A stretch of 64,000 bases of DNA from Oscillospiraceae bacterium (GTDB lineage: Bacteria; Bacillota; Clostridia; Oscillospirales; Oscillospiraceae), in the NCBI GenBank assembly GCA_016282135.1, contig JAEEKA010000117.1, forward strand, positions 1,611-65,610. The letters are read 5' to 3'. Shown piece by piece: positions 1 to 9,697 of the stretch. A program made the translations under genes and the position numbers. How positions within the stretch are numbered: position 1 is the stretch's first letter; every line of letters begins with the position of its first letter. Below the pieces are notes generated by a model, which was given only the letters and a program-made list of their open reading frames with translations, was not told the origin of the DNA and did no database searches.

Positions 1-131
1 CGCTGGTTTCCGGCTCCATGACGGAGGAGGAGCTTCGCACCCTGGTGTCGCTCCTGGACCGGGTTATCGCCAATATCGGCCAGGTGGACGGCCTGGACCC
101 CTGCCAGAAGCCCAAGGAGGAAGGAAAATGA
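1..131 (+). CDS. C-terminal fragment of a transcriptional regulator (MarR-like, tentative), truncated by the window edge
   Basis: Open frame from the window edge ending in TGA at 129-131, which overlaps the ATG of the next gene (ATGA coupling). The tail ...SMTEEELRTLVSLLDRVIANI... resembles MarR-type C-terminal helices that often precede ABC exporter pairs. Too short to be certain. Confidence 0.3.
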   Translation, partial: LVSGSMTEEELRTLVSLLDRVIANIGQVDGLDPCQKPKEEGK

Positions 132-1870
132 TACGTAAGCTGATGGGCTGCATCCGGGAGAACAAAAAACACACCATTCTGACCCCGCTGTTTATGTTGG
201 GGGAGGTGGGCCTGGAATGCACGCTGCCCATGATTACCGGCTGGCTGATTAACGCCATCAAGGACGGGGCGGACATGAACCTGATCCTCCGCTACGGCGC
301 GATTCTGATTCTCATGGCCACAGGCTCCATGTGCTGCGGGATTCTCTCGGGCTGGTTCGCGGCCTCCGCAGGCGCGGGCTTTGCCAAGAATCTGCGCCAC
401 GACCTCTTTGCCAGGGTGCAGAGTTTTTCCTTTGCCAATATCGACAAATTCTCCACCTCTTCCCTGGTGACCCGTCTGACCACCGACGTCACCAACGTGC
501 AGATGGCCTTCATGATGATTATCCGCACGGCGGTGCGTTCTCCCCTGATGCTGGTCTTCGCGGTCGTCATGTCCGTTCGCATGGGCGGCTCTATCGCCCT
601 GATCTTCCTGGTGACCGTGCCCATTCTGGCGGTGGGGCTCTTTGTCATTGCCAAAAAGGCCATGCCCATGTTCAAGGCGGTCTTCAAGAAGTACGACAAC
701 CTGAACAACTCCGTCCAGGAGAACGTGAAGGGCATGCGGGTGGTGAAGAGCTTCGTCCGGGAGGACTATGAGAAGCAGAAGTTTGCCGGGGCCTCCGAGG
801 ACGTGCGCAACGACTTCACCCGGGTGGAAAAGCTGCTGGCCATCAATAACCCTCTGATGCTGCTGGCCATGTACATCTGCATGATCGCGATTCCCCTGCT
901 GACTGCCCGGATCATTATCTCCACCGGCGGCGCGGATATGGACGTGGGCGCTCTGTCTACCCTGATTACCTACGCCGTGCAGATTCTGATGAGCCTGATG
1001 ATGCTCTCCATGATCTTTGTGATGATTACCATTTCCGGCGAGGCGGCCCGGCGTATTGTGGAGGTGCTGGACACTGAGCCCACCCTCTCTGACCCTGCCC
1101 AGCCTGTCACCCAGGTGTCGGACGGCTCCATCGACTTTGAAAACGTCAGCTTCAAGTATAACCCGGAGGCCCAGGCCTACGCCCTGGCGGACGTGAATCT
1201 GCACATCGCCTCCGGCCAGACGGTGGGCATCCTGGGCGGCACCGGCTCCTCCAAGACCACCCTGATCCAGTTGATCTCCCGGCTCTACGACGTGTCCGAG
1301 GGCAGTGTGAGGGTCGGCGGCGTGGACGTGCGGGACTATGATATGGAGGTCCTGCGCAACCAGGTGGCGGTGGTTCTGCAAAAGAACGTGCTCTTCTCCG
1401 GAACAATCAAGGAGAACCTGCGCTGGGGAGACCCGGAGGCCACCGACGAGGAGATGATCCGGGCTTGCAAGCTGGCCCAGGCCCATGACTTTATCACTGC
1501 CCATGCCGAGGGCTATGACCGCTTTATTGAGCAGGGCGGCGCCAACGTCTCCGGCGGCCAGAAGCAGCGGCTCTGCATTGCCCGGGCCCTGCTGAAGAAG
1601 CCTAAAATTCTGATTTTGGACGACTCCACCTCCGCCGTGGACACCCAGACTGACGCCCTGATCCGGAAGGCCTTCCGGGAGGAACTGCCCGATACCACCA
1701 AGCTGATTATTGCCCAGCGGGTGGCTTCCGTCCAGGACGCGGACCTGATCCTGGTGATGGACAACGGCAGGATTGCGGCCCAGGGCACCCACGAGGAGCT
1801 GCTGGAAAGCAGCGAGATCTACCGCGAGGTCTTCACCTCGCAGACGAAGGGAGGGGAAGAGGATGTCTAA
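128..1870 (+). CDS. ABC exporter subunit (fused TMD-NBD), degenerate-site partner of a heterodimeric multidrug-type exporter
   Basis: 580 aa with an N-terminal 6-TM region. Walker A GGTGSSKTT, signature VSGGQKQR, and Walker B ILILDDSTSAVD, with Asp in place of the catalytic Glu. Confidence 0.9.
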   Translation: MIRKLMGCIRENKKHTILTPLFMLGEVGLECTLPMITGWLINAIKDGADMNLILRYGAILILMATGSMCCGILSGWFAASAGAGFAKNLRHDLFARVQSFSFANIDKFSTSSLVTRLTTDVTNVQMAFMMIIRTAVRSPLMLVFAVVMSVRMGGSIALIFLVTVPILAVGLFVIAKKAMPMFKAVFKKYDNLNNSVQENVKGMRVVKSFVREDYEKQKFAGASEDVRNDFTRVEKLLAINNPLMLLAMYICMIAIPLLTARIIISTGGADMDVGALSTLITYAVQILMSLMMLSMIFVMITISGEAARRIVEVLDTEPTLSDPAQPVTQVSDGSIDFENVSFKYNPEAQAYALADVNLHIASGQTVGILGGTGSSKTTLIQLISRLYDVSEGSVRVGGVDVRDYDMEVLRNQVAVVLQKNVLFSGTIKENLRWGDPEATDEEMIRACKLAQAHDFITAHAEGYDRFIEQGGANVSGGQKQRLCIARALLKKPKILILDDSTSAVDTQTDALIRKAFREELPDTTKLIIAQRVASVQDADLILVMDNGRIAAQGTHEELLESSEIYREVFTSQTKGGEEDV

Positions 1871-3848
1871 TCCCCGGATGCAAGGTCCCCAGATGGGGAG
1901 AGGTCCCATGGGAAAGGGCCCGGCCGGAAAGGGCGATATGCCCAAGGCCCGGAAGGGCACCCTGCCCCGGATCATCAAGCTGCTGATGGAGGACTACAAG
2001 TGGCCCTTCCTGCTGGCGATGCTCTTTATGGCCATCTACTCCATCGGCAACATTTCCCCCTCCATCTTCATTGAGAAGATTTCCTCCATCATTCTCCGCT
2101 TTGTGGAGGCCAAGGACTGGGACGCTGCCAAGGCGGAGCTGGTTCCCGTTATGATTGTCATGGTGACCATCCTGGTCTCCACCATTGTGCTGAACTACTT
2201 CTACGCCCGGCTCATGGCCATCATCACCCAAGGCTTCCTGGACAAGATGCGCAAGCGGATGTTCAACGCCATGCAGGCCCTGCCCATCAAGTATTTTGAC
2301 GCCCACGGCCACGGCGACATCATGTCCCACTACACCAACGACATCGACACCCTCCGCCAGTTGGTGAGCCAGAGCCTGCCCCGAATCTTCCAATCCGGCA
2401 TCATGCTGGTGGGCATGCTGGGCATCATGCTCTGGTTCTCCATGAACCTGATGGCAGTGGTGCTGGTGGGCGTCTTCGGCATGACCTTCGCGGTAAAGCA
2501 CATCGGCGGCAAGTCTGCCTCCAACTTCATCCGCCAGCAGAAGTCCATCGGCAAGCTGGAGGGCTATGTGGAGGAGATCATGAACGGCCAGAAGGTGGTC
2601 AAGGTCTTCTGCCATGAGGAAGCCTCCCAGGCCGACTTCGATAAGGTCAACGCCCAGCTCTGCGAGGACGCCACCAAGGCCACCCGCTTTGCCAACATTC
2701 TGGGGCCCGTGATGAACAACATCGGCAATATGCTCTACGTCATCATTGCCGTGGCGGGAGCCGCCTTCATCACCCTGAGGACGCCCAACGCCTCTCTGAA
2801 CGGCCTGTTCAGCGGCAGCTTCGGGTCTGTGCTGGAGCTTTCCGTGGTGATTTCCTTCCTGGGCATCGCCAAGCAGTTCACCGGCCAGGTGAACGGCATC
2901 GCCCAGCAGTTCAACTCCATCGTTATGGCTCTGGCCGGCGCGGACCGGATCTTCCAGCTGATGGACGAGGCCCCCGAGGCTGACGAGGGCTATGTCACGT
3001 TGGTGAACGCCGAGGAGCAGCCCGACGGCAGCCTCCGGGAGGCGGACCACCGCACCGGCGTCTGGGCCTGGCGGCATCCCCATAAGGCGGACGGCACCGT
3101 GACCTTCGAGCGGCTCCGGGGCGACGTGCGGCTCTTTGACGTGGACTTCTCTTACGTGGAGGGCAAGAAGGTCCTGGAGGACGTGACCCTCTGGGCGAAG
3201 CCCGGCCAGAAGATTGCTTTTGTGGGCGCCACCGGCGCGGGCAAAACCACCATTACCAATCTGATTAACCGCTTCTATGATCTGGAGGACGGCAAGATCC
3301 GTTACGACGGCATCAACATCACCAAGATCAAAAAGCCGGATCTCCGCCGCTCCCTGGGCGTGGTGCTCCAGGACGTGAATCTGTTCACCGGTACGGTCAT
3401 GGACAACATCCGCTACGGCAAGCTGGACGCTACCGACGAGGAGTGCGTCAAGGCCGCCAAGCTGGCCAACGCCCACGACTTCATTACCCGCCTGCCCCAG
3501 GGCTATGACACCATGCTGACCGCCAACGGCGCAAACCTTTCCCAGGGCCAGCGGCAGTTGATCTCCATTGCCCGGGCCGCCGTGGCGGATCCCCCGGTGA
3601 TGATTCTGGACGAGGCTACCTCCTCCATCGACACCCGCACCGAGGCCCTGGTTCAGAAGGGCATGGACGCTTTGATGAAGGACCGCACGGTGTTCGTCAT
3701 CGCCCACCGTCTCTCCACGGTCCGCAATTCCGACGCCATTATGGTGTTGGACCACGGCAGGATCATCGAGCGGGGTTCCCACACGGACCTGATCGCCCAG
3801 AAGGGCACCTACTACAAGCTCTACACCGGCGCCTTCGAGCTGGAATAA
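1863..3848 (+). CDS. ABC exporter subunit (fused TMD-NBD), consensus-site partner
   Basis: The ATG at 1863 overlaps the upstream stop; the ORF-track start at 1773 lies inside the previous gene. Walker A GATGAGKTT, altered signature LSQGQRQL, Walker B MILDEATSSID with the catalytic Glu. Confidence 0.9.
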   Translation: MSNPRMQGPQMGRGPMGKGPAGKGDMPKARKGTLPRIIKLLMEDYKWPFLLAMLFMAIYSIGNISPSIFIEKISSIILRFVEAKDWDAAKAELVPVMIVMVTILVSTIVLNYFYARLMAIITQGFLDKMRKRMFNAMQALPIKYFDAHGHGDIMSHYTNDIDTLRQLVSQSLPRIFQSGIMLVGMLGIMLWFSMNLMAVVLVGVFGMTFAVKHIGGKSASNFIRQQKSIGKLEGYVEEIMNGQKVVKVFCHEEASQADFDKVNAQLCEDATKATRFANILGPVMNNIGNMLYVIIAVAGAAFITLRTPNASLNGLFSGSFGSVLELSVVISFLGIAKQFTGQVNGIAQQFNSIVMALAGADRIFQLMDEAPEADEGYVTLVNAEEQPDGSLREADHRTGVWAWRHPHKADGTVTFERLRGDVRLFDVDFSYVEGKKVLEDVTLWAKPGQKIAFVGATGAGKTTITNLINRFYDLEDGKIRYDGINITKIKKPDLRRSLGVVLQDVNLFTGTVMDNIRYGKLDATDEECVKAAKLANAHDFITRLPQGYDTMLTANGANLSQGQRQLISIARAAVADPPVMILDEATSSIDTRTEALVQKGMDALMKDRTVFVIAHRLSTVRNSDAIMVLDHGRIIERGSHTDLIAQKGTYYKLYTGAFELE

Positions 3849-3886
3849 AACTGCTTTTGGCAATCCATTTGAAACGGGGAAAGGAC

Positions 3887-6283
3887 ATGAAACGAATGAA
3901 ACGCTTTGCGGTGCTGGGCCTGTGCCTGGCCCTGCTCTGCACGGTACTGCCGCAGATGAGCCTGACAGCCCGGGCCGCCACCTACACCGAATTGGGCACG
4001 ATCTCCACGGTGCAGGCCACCGGAACCATTACTGCCCCGACGCTTGGCGGGGACACCGCAAGGCCAAAATTTTCCGTGACCGATCCGACTGATAAAAATG
4101 CAAGCATCGGCATGGTGATTTGGCAGAAAAAAGCGGGATCAAGCTGGCAAGGCTACTACAACGAGACCTTCGAGGAAGGCACCTACCGGCTGGAAGTCCA
4201 GCTCAGGACGGACCATTTTGACGACGGCACCTACTACCGTCTGACCAACGATACGAAGCTCTATATCAACGGAACCGCCTGGACAAAGAACGGCAACCTG
4301 CAAGATTCCTACAGCAGCTCCGGCTACGGCGTCATGTATTTTTTCGGCCGGGAATATGAACTCAAGGTGCCGGCGGGCTGCCACTCGGTCACGGTGCAAA
4401 ACGACGGCCACGGCAAGGGCTCTGCCAGTCCGGTCTACGGCGCGCCCGGCGACGTCATTACCCTGAGCGCGACTCCGAATCAGTATTATCAATTCAAAAA
4501 CTGGGCGGTCCTGTCCGGCGGCGTCACGGTCAACGGCAACCAATTTACCATGGGCAGTCAGGACGTGGTGATCAAGGCCTGCTTTGAGCCGGATAACAGT
4601 TTGGATCTGGGGACGATCTCCCAGGTTCGGGCCAAGGCGAAACGGCCGGTTCCCGTCCTGGGCGAGGCCTATGAGAAGCCGAAGTTTACCATTACGGACC
4701 CCACCGGGAAAAACGTGGAGATTACCATGGGCAGATGGCAAAAGAAATCCGGCTCCACCTGGGAGTACTACAACGGCTCCAGCTTCGAGGCGGGGACCTA
4801 TCGCTACCACACCCAGCTCCGAACTGACCACTTTGACGACGGAACCTATTACCGGCTGACCAACGATACAAAGCTGTACGTCAACGGCGTGGAGTGGACG
4901 AAGGACGGCAATTTGCAGGGTAGCTACAGCGGCTCCGGCTACGGTGTGATGTATTTTTTCGGCCCGGAATATGTGGCGGCCCCGCCGGCTGATTATACCG
5001 TTACCTTTGAGCCCTGCAGCGGCAGCGTATCGCCTGCCAGTATGCGGACGGACAAGTACGGCATGCTGGAGAGTCTGCCCACTCCCGTCCGGGAGGGCTT
5101 CACCTTCACCGGTTGGTTTACTGAGCGAGCCTATGGGGAAAGGGTTACGGAGGAAACCCGCTTCACCGGCAATACCACCCTGTATGCCCATTGGTATGAG
5201 AACTATTATGGGATTACCATCAACGGCGGCAAAGCGGACAGAAGTGCGGCGCCCAGCTGCGCTATCGTCACCATCACCGCCGATTCTCGGGAGAATTGCA
5301 CATTTTCCAAGTGGACGGTGAGCGAGGGCGGCGTGACCCTCGCCGACCCCAACAGTCCCACTACCACCTTCGTCATGGGCCATGAGAACGTCAGAATTTC
5401 CGCAAACTATACCTACAACGGAGAGACAATCGACACGGTATATCTCGATGTAGAGGAGCCCAGAGCGGGCATGACGCCGCCGGATGCCGTGGCGGAATCG
5501 GAGCAGTATCGGGCTGCAAGTACGAGATGGTTCGATTTGGAAACGGAGCGGCAGCTCTCTGCGACGGATACCTTCCAGGCCGGGAAGCAGTACCTGCTCC
5601 GGGTGTATCTCAATACCAGCGTCCCATTCCAGACCGCAGGAATTACAGGGTATGTAAACGGAAGCACCGAGGGCGTCACCGCCATGCCCATGGGCTTTGC
5701 GATGGCTCAGGTGGAAAAGGTTTTCACAGCCAAGCGGGGCAATCCCTTTGTGGACGTGCGTGAGAGCGACTTCTTCTTCAACCCGGTCCTGTGGGCGGTG
5801 GAGAACGGCGTCACCGGCGGCGTGGACGATACCCACTTTGCGCCCCAGCAGACCGTTATGCGATCCGATTCCATGGTCTTCTTCTGGGCTGCCAAGGGCC
5901 GCCCGGAGCACGCCGACAACTCCACGCCCTTCAAGGACGTGAAGCAGACGCACTGGGCTTACAAGGCTGTTATGTGGGCCGTGGAGAACGGCATCACCGG
6001 CGGCACCAACACCGAGGGCACCAAGTTCAGCCCCAAGCGTACCTGCTCCCGCAGTGAGATTCTCCAGTTCCTCTATGCCGCCATGGGCAAGCCGGAAATC
6101 AGCATCGAGAACCCCTACAGCGACGTAAAGGAAAAACACTGGTACTACGAGGGCGCCATCTGGGCCTACGAGTTCGGCCTGGAGAAGGGCGAGGACGGGA
6201 AGTTCAACGCCAAGACTCCCTGCACCCGGGCCTACGTGGTCACCTACCTCTACCGTTTCCTCACCGGAAACGAGCGGGTGTAG
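3887..6283 (+). CDS. Secreted SLH-anchored repeat protein (two copies of an unknown ~125-aa module, InlB-B/Flg_new-like repeats, three SLH)
   Basis: RBS GGGGAAAGGA precedes the ATG at 3887. Signal peptide MKRMKRFAVLGLCLALLCTVLP...ARA. Internal duplication around TDHFDDGTYYRLTNDTKLY. A GFTFTGW...LYAHW Listeria-Bacteroides-type repeat. Three C-terminal SLH motifs (FxDV...W...GIT.G). Confidence 0.85.
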   Translation: MKRMKRFAVLGLCLALLCTVLPQMSLTARAATYTELGTISTVQATGTITAPTLGGDTARPKFSVTDPTDKNASIGMVIWQKKAGSSWQGYYNETFEEGTYRLEVQLRTDHFDDGTYYRLTNDTKLYINGTAWTKNGNLQDSYSSSGYGVMYFFGREYELKVPAGCHSVTVQNDGHGKGSASPVYGAPGDVITLSATPNQYYQFKNWAVLSGGVTVNGNQFTMGSQDVVIKACFEPDNSLDLGTISQVRAKAKRPVPVLGEAYEKPKFTITDPTGKNVEITMGRWQKKSGSTWEYYNGSSFEAGTYRYHTQLRTDHFDDGTYYRLTNDTKLYVNGVEWTKDGNLQGSYSGSGYGVMYFFGPEYVAAPPADYTVTFEPCSGSVSPASMRTDKYGMLESLPTPVREGFTFTGWFTERAYGERVTEETRFTGNTTLYAHWYENYYGITINGGKADRSAAPSCAIVTITADSRENCTFSKWTVSEGGVTLADPNSPTTTFVMGHENVRISANYTYNGETIDTVYLDVEEPRAGMTPPDAVAESEQYRAASTRWFDLETERQLSATDTFQAGKQYLLRVYLNTSVPFQTAGITGYVNGSTEGVTAMPMGFAMAQVEKVFTAKRGNPFVDVRESDFFFNPVLWAVENGVTGGVDDTHFAPQQTVMRSDSMVFFWAAKGRPEHADNSTPFKDVKQTHWAYKAVMWAVENGITGGTNTEGTKFSPKRTCSRSEILQFLYAAMGKPEISIENPYSDVKEKHWYYEGAIWAYEFGLEKGEDGKFNAKTPCTRAYVVTYLYRFLTGNERV
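5741..6283 (+). repeat. SLH-triplet coding cassette, copy 1 (DNA-level similar to 7691-8233 and 30482-31027)
   Basis: Long runs of identical nucleotides are shared with copy 2, for example cagcatcgagaacccctacagcgacgtaaag, and with the ...aagttcaacgccaag... block. Confidence 0.8.
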
Positions 6284-6375
6284 GAGCCATAGCCCAAACC
6301 GCCCCTGTCAGGGGCGGCGGAGGGATCTGCCCGCCGGCCGCACACAGGGCCGGGTGTCATATCAGCTATGCGGCA

Positions 6376-6425
6376 AAATCGCCGTCAGCCGCCGGACTTC
6401 CCGGAGCCTGACGGCGATTTTTTTC
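6376..6425 (+). terminator. Rho-independent terminator after the 808-aa SLH gene
   Basis: 13-bp stem aaatcgccgtcag / ctgacggcgattt followed by a T-run. Confidence 0.7.
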
Positions 6426-6435
6426 TGCCGCGCTC

Positions 6436-6464
6436 TTGCTTTTTTGGTTCGACTCTGTTAGAAT
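6436..6464 (+). promoter_or_regulatory. Sigma-A-type promoter with extended -10
   Basis: TTGCTT, a 17-nt spacer, then TGtTAGAAT, about 50 nt upstream of the 6515 start. Confidence 0.5.
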
Positions 6465-6514
6465 GATACTATCGGAAATTGTATGTTGATACATGCACAG
6501 AAGGAGGAAACATC

Positions 6515-8233
6515 ATGAAAACAATCAAGCATTGGATCGCCCTGGCCCTGTGCCTGGCGCTGATCTGCTCCCTTCTGCCCCCCATGACCCTGACTGCCAG
6601 CGCGGCGACCTATTCCGGGGAATGCGGCGCGGAGGGCGACAATTTGACCTGGACGTTGGATACGGGCTCCGGCGTGCTGACCATTTCCGGCAGCGGTGAG
6701 ATGGCGGATTTTGAGGAAGGCGCCGCGCCCTGGAACGAGTACTGCGAAAGCATTACCTCGATCGTATTTCCTGCGGGCCTGACCGGCATTGGCTGGAATG
6801 CCTTCTCCGGCTGCACCGGCCTGACTGCGCTCAACCTGCCCGGCAGCCTGCGGACGATCGGCGGCTTTGCCTTCTCCGGCTGCACCGGCATCACCGGCGT
6901 CACCATTCCCACGAGCCTGACGCTTTTGGGCGAGTACGCGTTCTCCCGCACCGGCGTCACTGCCGTCACCATTCCGGGGAACCTGACAGGCACCGGAGAT
7001 GGCGTTTTTGCCGACTGTGCCAATCTGATCGGCGTTACCATCCAGAACGGCGTGACCGGTATCAATGCCTACGCCTTCAAGGGCTGCGCCAATCTGACGG
7101 AGCTTTCCCTCCCGAACACCCTGCTCGCCATCGACCAGGAAGCCTTCCGGGACTGCACCGGTCTGACCGGCGTTTCCTTCCCCGGAAGCCTGGAGACCAT
7201 CGGCGAGAAAGCCTTCTACGGCTGCACCGGCCTCACCGGCCTCAGTCTTCCCACCAGCCTGACGCGCCTGGGCAGACGGGCGTTCTACGGCTGCTCCGGT
7301 CTGACCAGCCTGAATCTCCCGGGAAGCCTTCTGACCGTTCCCGAGTTTGCGTTTTTCGGCTGCACCGGTCTGACCAGACTCACCCTCCCGGAGGGCATGG
7401 AAAACCTTGAGGAAAGCGCCTTTGAGGGCTGCACCGGTCTGACCGAGCTCACGATTCCGTCGAGTCTCACCAGCATCGGCTGGTACGCCTTCCTGAACTG
7501 CCCTGCCATGAGCTCCGTGACGATTCCGGAAACGGTAACCGAGGTGGGCGGCAAGGCCTTTGGCTTCCTGAGCGACGAGCTCGGCATCACCACCAAAATT
7601 GAAGACTTCAAAATCATCGGCGTGGTGGGCAGCGCGGCCCAGACCTACGCGGAGGAATACGGCTTCACCTTTGAGCCCCTCGGGCAGGTCAACCCCTTTG
7701 TGGACGTCAGTGAGGATGACTTCTTCTTCAAGCCCGTCATGTGGGCGATTGCCAACCAGGTCACCGCCGGCGTGGACGATACCCACTTCGGCCCCGAGCG
7801 CACCGTTATGCGTGCGGACTCCATGGTCTTCTTCTGGGCGGCCAACGGGCGCCCGAGCGTGGAAGCCCAAAGCCACTTCAAGGATGTGAAGAAGAACCAC
7901 TGGGCCTATGCGGCTGTTACCTGGGCGGTGGAGAACGGGATTACCGGCGGCACCGACGAGGCCGGCACCCGGTTCAGCCCCCAGCGGACCTGCACCCGCA
8001 GTGAGGTCCTCCAGTTCCTCTACGCAGCCATGGGCAAACCGGCAATCAGCATCGAGAACCCCTACAGCGACGTAAAGCCCAAACACTGGTACAGGGACGG
8101 CGCCATCTGGGCCTTTGAAAACGGCCTGGAAAAGGGCGAGAACGGTAAGTTCAACGCCAAGACCCCCTGCACCCGCGCCTACGTGGTGACCTATCTGTAT
8201 CGCTACTTCACCGGAGACCTGCTGGATCAGTAG
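6515..8233 (+). CDS. Secreted BspA-type leucine-rich-repeat protein with three C-terminal SLH modules
   Basis: RBS AAGGAGG at 6501-6507. Signal peptide MKTIKHWIALALCLALICSLL. About 14 tandem ~23-aa units of the form AFxGCTGLTxLxLPxSLxxIGxxAF (LRR_5/BspA style), then the SLH triplet. Confidence 0.85.
   Translation: MKTIKHWIALALCLALICSLLPPMTLTASAATYSGECGAEGDNLTWTLDTGSGVLTISGSGEMADFEEGAAPWNEYCESITSIVFPAGLTGIGWNAFSGCTGLTALNLPGSLRTIGGFAFSGCTGITGVTIPTSLTLLGEYAFSRTGVTAVTIPGNLTGTGDGVFADCANLIGVTIQNGVTGINAYAFKGCANLTELSLPNTLLAIDQEAFRDCTGLTGVSFPGSLETIGEKAFYGCTGLTGLSLPTSLTRLGRRAFYGCSGLTSLNLPGSLLTVPEFAFFGCTGLTRLTLPEGMENLEESAFEGCTGLTELTIPSSLTSIGWYAFLNCPAMSSVTIPETVTEVGGKAFGFLSDELGITTKIEDFKIIGVVGSAAQTYAEEYGFTFEPLGQVNPFVDVSEDDFFFKPVMWAIANQVTAGVDDTHFGPERTVMRADSMVFFWAANGRPSVEAQSHFKDVKKNHWAYAAVTWAVENGITGGTDEAGTRFSPQRTCTRSEVLQFLYAAMGKPAISIENPYSDVKPKHWYRDGAIWAFENGLEKGENGKFNAKTPCTRAYVVTYLYRYFTGDLLDQ
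7691..8233 (+). repeat. SLH-triplet coding cassette, copy 2
   Basis: See copy 1. Most positions are identical by eye over the last ~250 nt. Confidence 0.8.
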
Positions 8234-8329
8234 GGCCGCTCGAAAGCCGCATTTATCGTGCAGTGCGGGCAATTTGTCCGCCTGCTCGCCGTAACGAAAA
8301 AGGACTTGCCGTTGGCAAGTCCTTTTTCG

Positions 8330-9628
8330 TTACGGGCTAAACAGCCGGAACAGGTAGGTCACCACGTAGGCTCTGGCGCAGGGCTCCCTGGGACAAAGCA
8401 GGGTCGGATCGTCGCCGCCTTCGTTGCCCACCGGCACGCCGTTGGCCGCGGCCCACAGCACAGCCTGGTAGTAGTACTTGCTCGGCTTGACGTCGGCGTA
8501 GGGGAACTCTATGCCCTCCGGGACCTCCCGGCCAAAGGCGGCCCAGAGGAAGGTAAGCATATCCTCCCGCATTACCCGGGCCTCCGGGGAGAAGCGATCC
8601 GCTCCGGTCCCGCCGGTGATCCCGTTCTCCACGGCCCAGAGCACCGGGATATAGTAAAAGGCGTTTGGGGAGACGTCCCGGAAGGGATTCTCTTCGGCGG
8701 CGGGCTCCGGCCGTCCGGCGGCGGCCCAGAGGAAGGTCACGGCTTCGCCCCGGGTCACGGCGTCCTCCGGGGAGAAGGTGCTGGGGGAGCTGCCGCCGGT
8801 GATTTCCTTTTGCCAGGCCCAAACGATTGCCTCCCTGGCCCAGTGCCCGGGGAAGGGAAGGTCAGTAAAGGGGGTGGGATTGTCCTCCGGCCCGGCGGGA
8901 AGCTGCAGCGTGTTGACAAGGAAGTTGTACACCTTTTTCCGTCCGCTCAGGTAGTTGCGGATGGAGGAATGGGTTTTGGAGGCCTCCAGCACCCCGTTGT
9001 GGAATTCGTCCAGAGAATCGACAGTATCCCCTTCCGCTTTTCCCAGGGCTTCCCGGACGTACCGCATGAAGTAGGAAACTCCGCCCTCGCCGTATTGGTG
9101 CTCCGCCGCGCAGTAGTAGAGCAGGGCGGATTCTGTCCGCACGCCCCGGTTCCAGCCGTGTTGGGCCTCCTCCATGATGAATTCCCGGGCGTATTGGTTC
9201 TGACAGTCGATGCCCACCGGGGAGCCGATCAATGCCCGGACTGCGGCGGCTTCGGCAGCGGTGAGGACCCGGTTCTTCCAGCCGCCGCCGTTGGTGCTGG
9301 ACCAGAGCGGGGTCTGGGTGACTTCGTTGTACAGGGCGCTGCCCAGAAGGGCCTTTGCCTCAGCAGGGGCGGCCTCGCAGATTCGCTTCAGCAGGCGCAG
9401 GGCATACACCCCGTGCCATTGCAGGAAGCCGATGCTCAGGGCGTTGGAATCCCGGGGGTTGACGGAGTCGTAATTCCCCTCCAGCGCCAGGTACAGTTCC
9501 AGGGCGTGAGCCGTCAGGGCTTCGAGATCGACGCTGGTTTCCAGGGCGGACTCCGCAGCCAGGGCATTGGGAACAAGCGCGGCGCAGAGGCACAGCGTCA
9601 GCAGAAGGGCGATAATTTTTCGCTTCAT
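8330..9628 (-). CDS. Secreted SLH-anchored protein with an N-terminal lysozyme-like / lytic-transglycosylase-like domain (tentative), paralog A
   Basis: Signal peptide MKRKIIALLLTLCLCAALVPNALA. The N-domain has LEGNYDSV...LSIGFLQW...YYCAAEHQYGEGG, reminiscent of the E...G-L-M-Q...AYN pattern of SLT/GH46-like folds. Three C-terminal SLH. A clear paralog of 12915-14294. Confidence 0.75.
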   Translation of the reverse strand: MKRKIIALLLTLCLCAALVPNALAAESALETSVDLEALTAHALELYLALEGNYDSVNPRDSNALSIGFLQWHGVYALRLLKRICEAAPAEAKALLGSALYNEVTQTPLWSSTNGGGWKNRVLTAAEAAAVRALIGSPVGIDCQNQYAREFIMEEAQHGWNRGVRTESALLYYCAAEHQYGEGGVSYFMRYVREALGKAEGDTVDSLDEFHNGVLEASKTHSSIRNYLSGRKKVYNFLVNTLQLPAGPEDNPTPFTDLPFPGHWAREAIVWAWQKEITGGSSPSTFSPEDAVTRGEAVTFLWAAAGRPEPAAEENPFRDVSPNAFYYIPVLWAVENGITGGTGADRFSPEARVMREDMLTFLWAAFGREVPEGIEFPYADVKPSKYYYQAVLWAAANGVPVGNEGGDDPTLLCPREPCARAYVVTYLFRLFSP

Positions 9629-9697
9629 AGAAACCTCGCTTTCCTAAGATTTCGGTGAGTGTGAATGGGAAAACGATACCGGTATCATTTCGTAACC

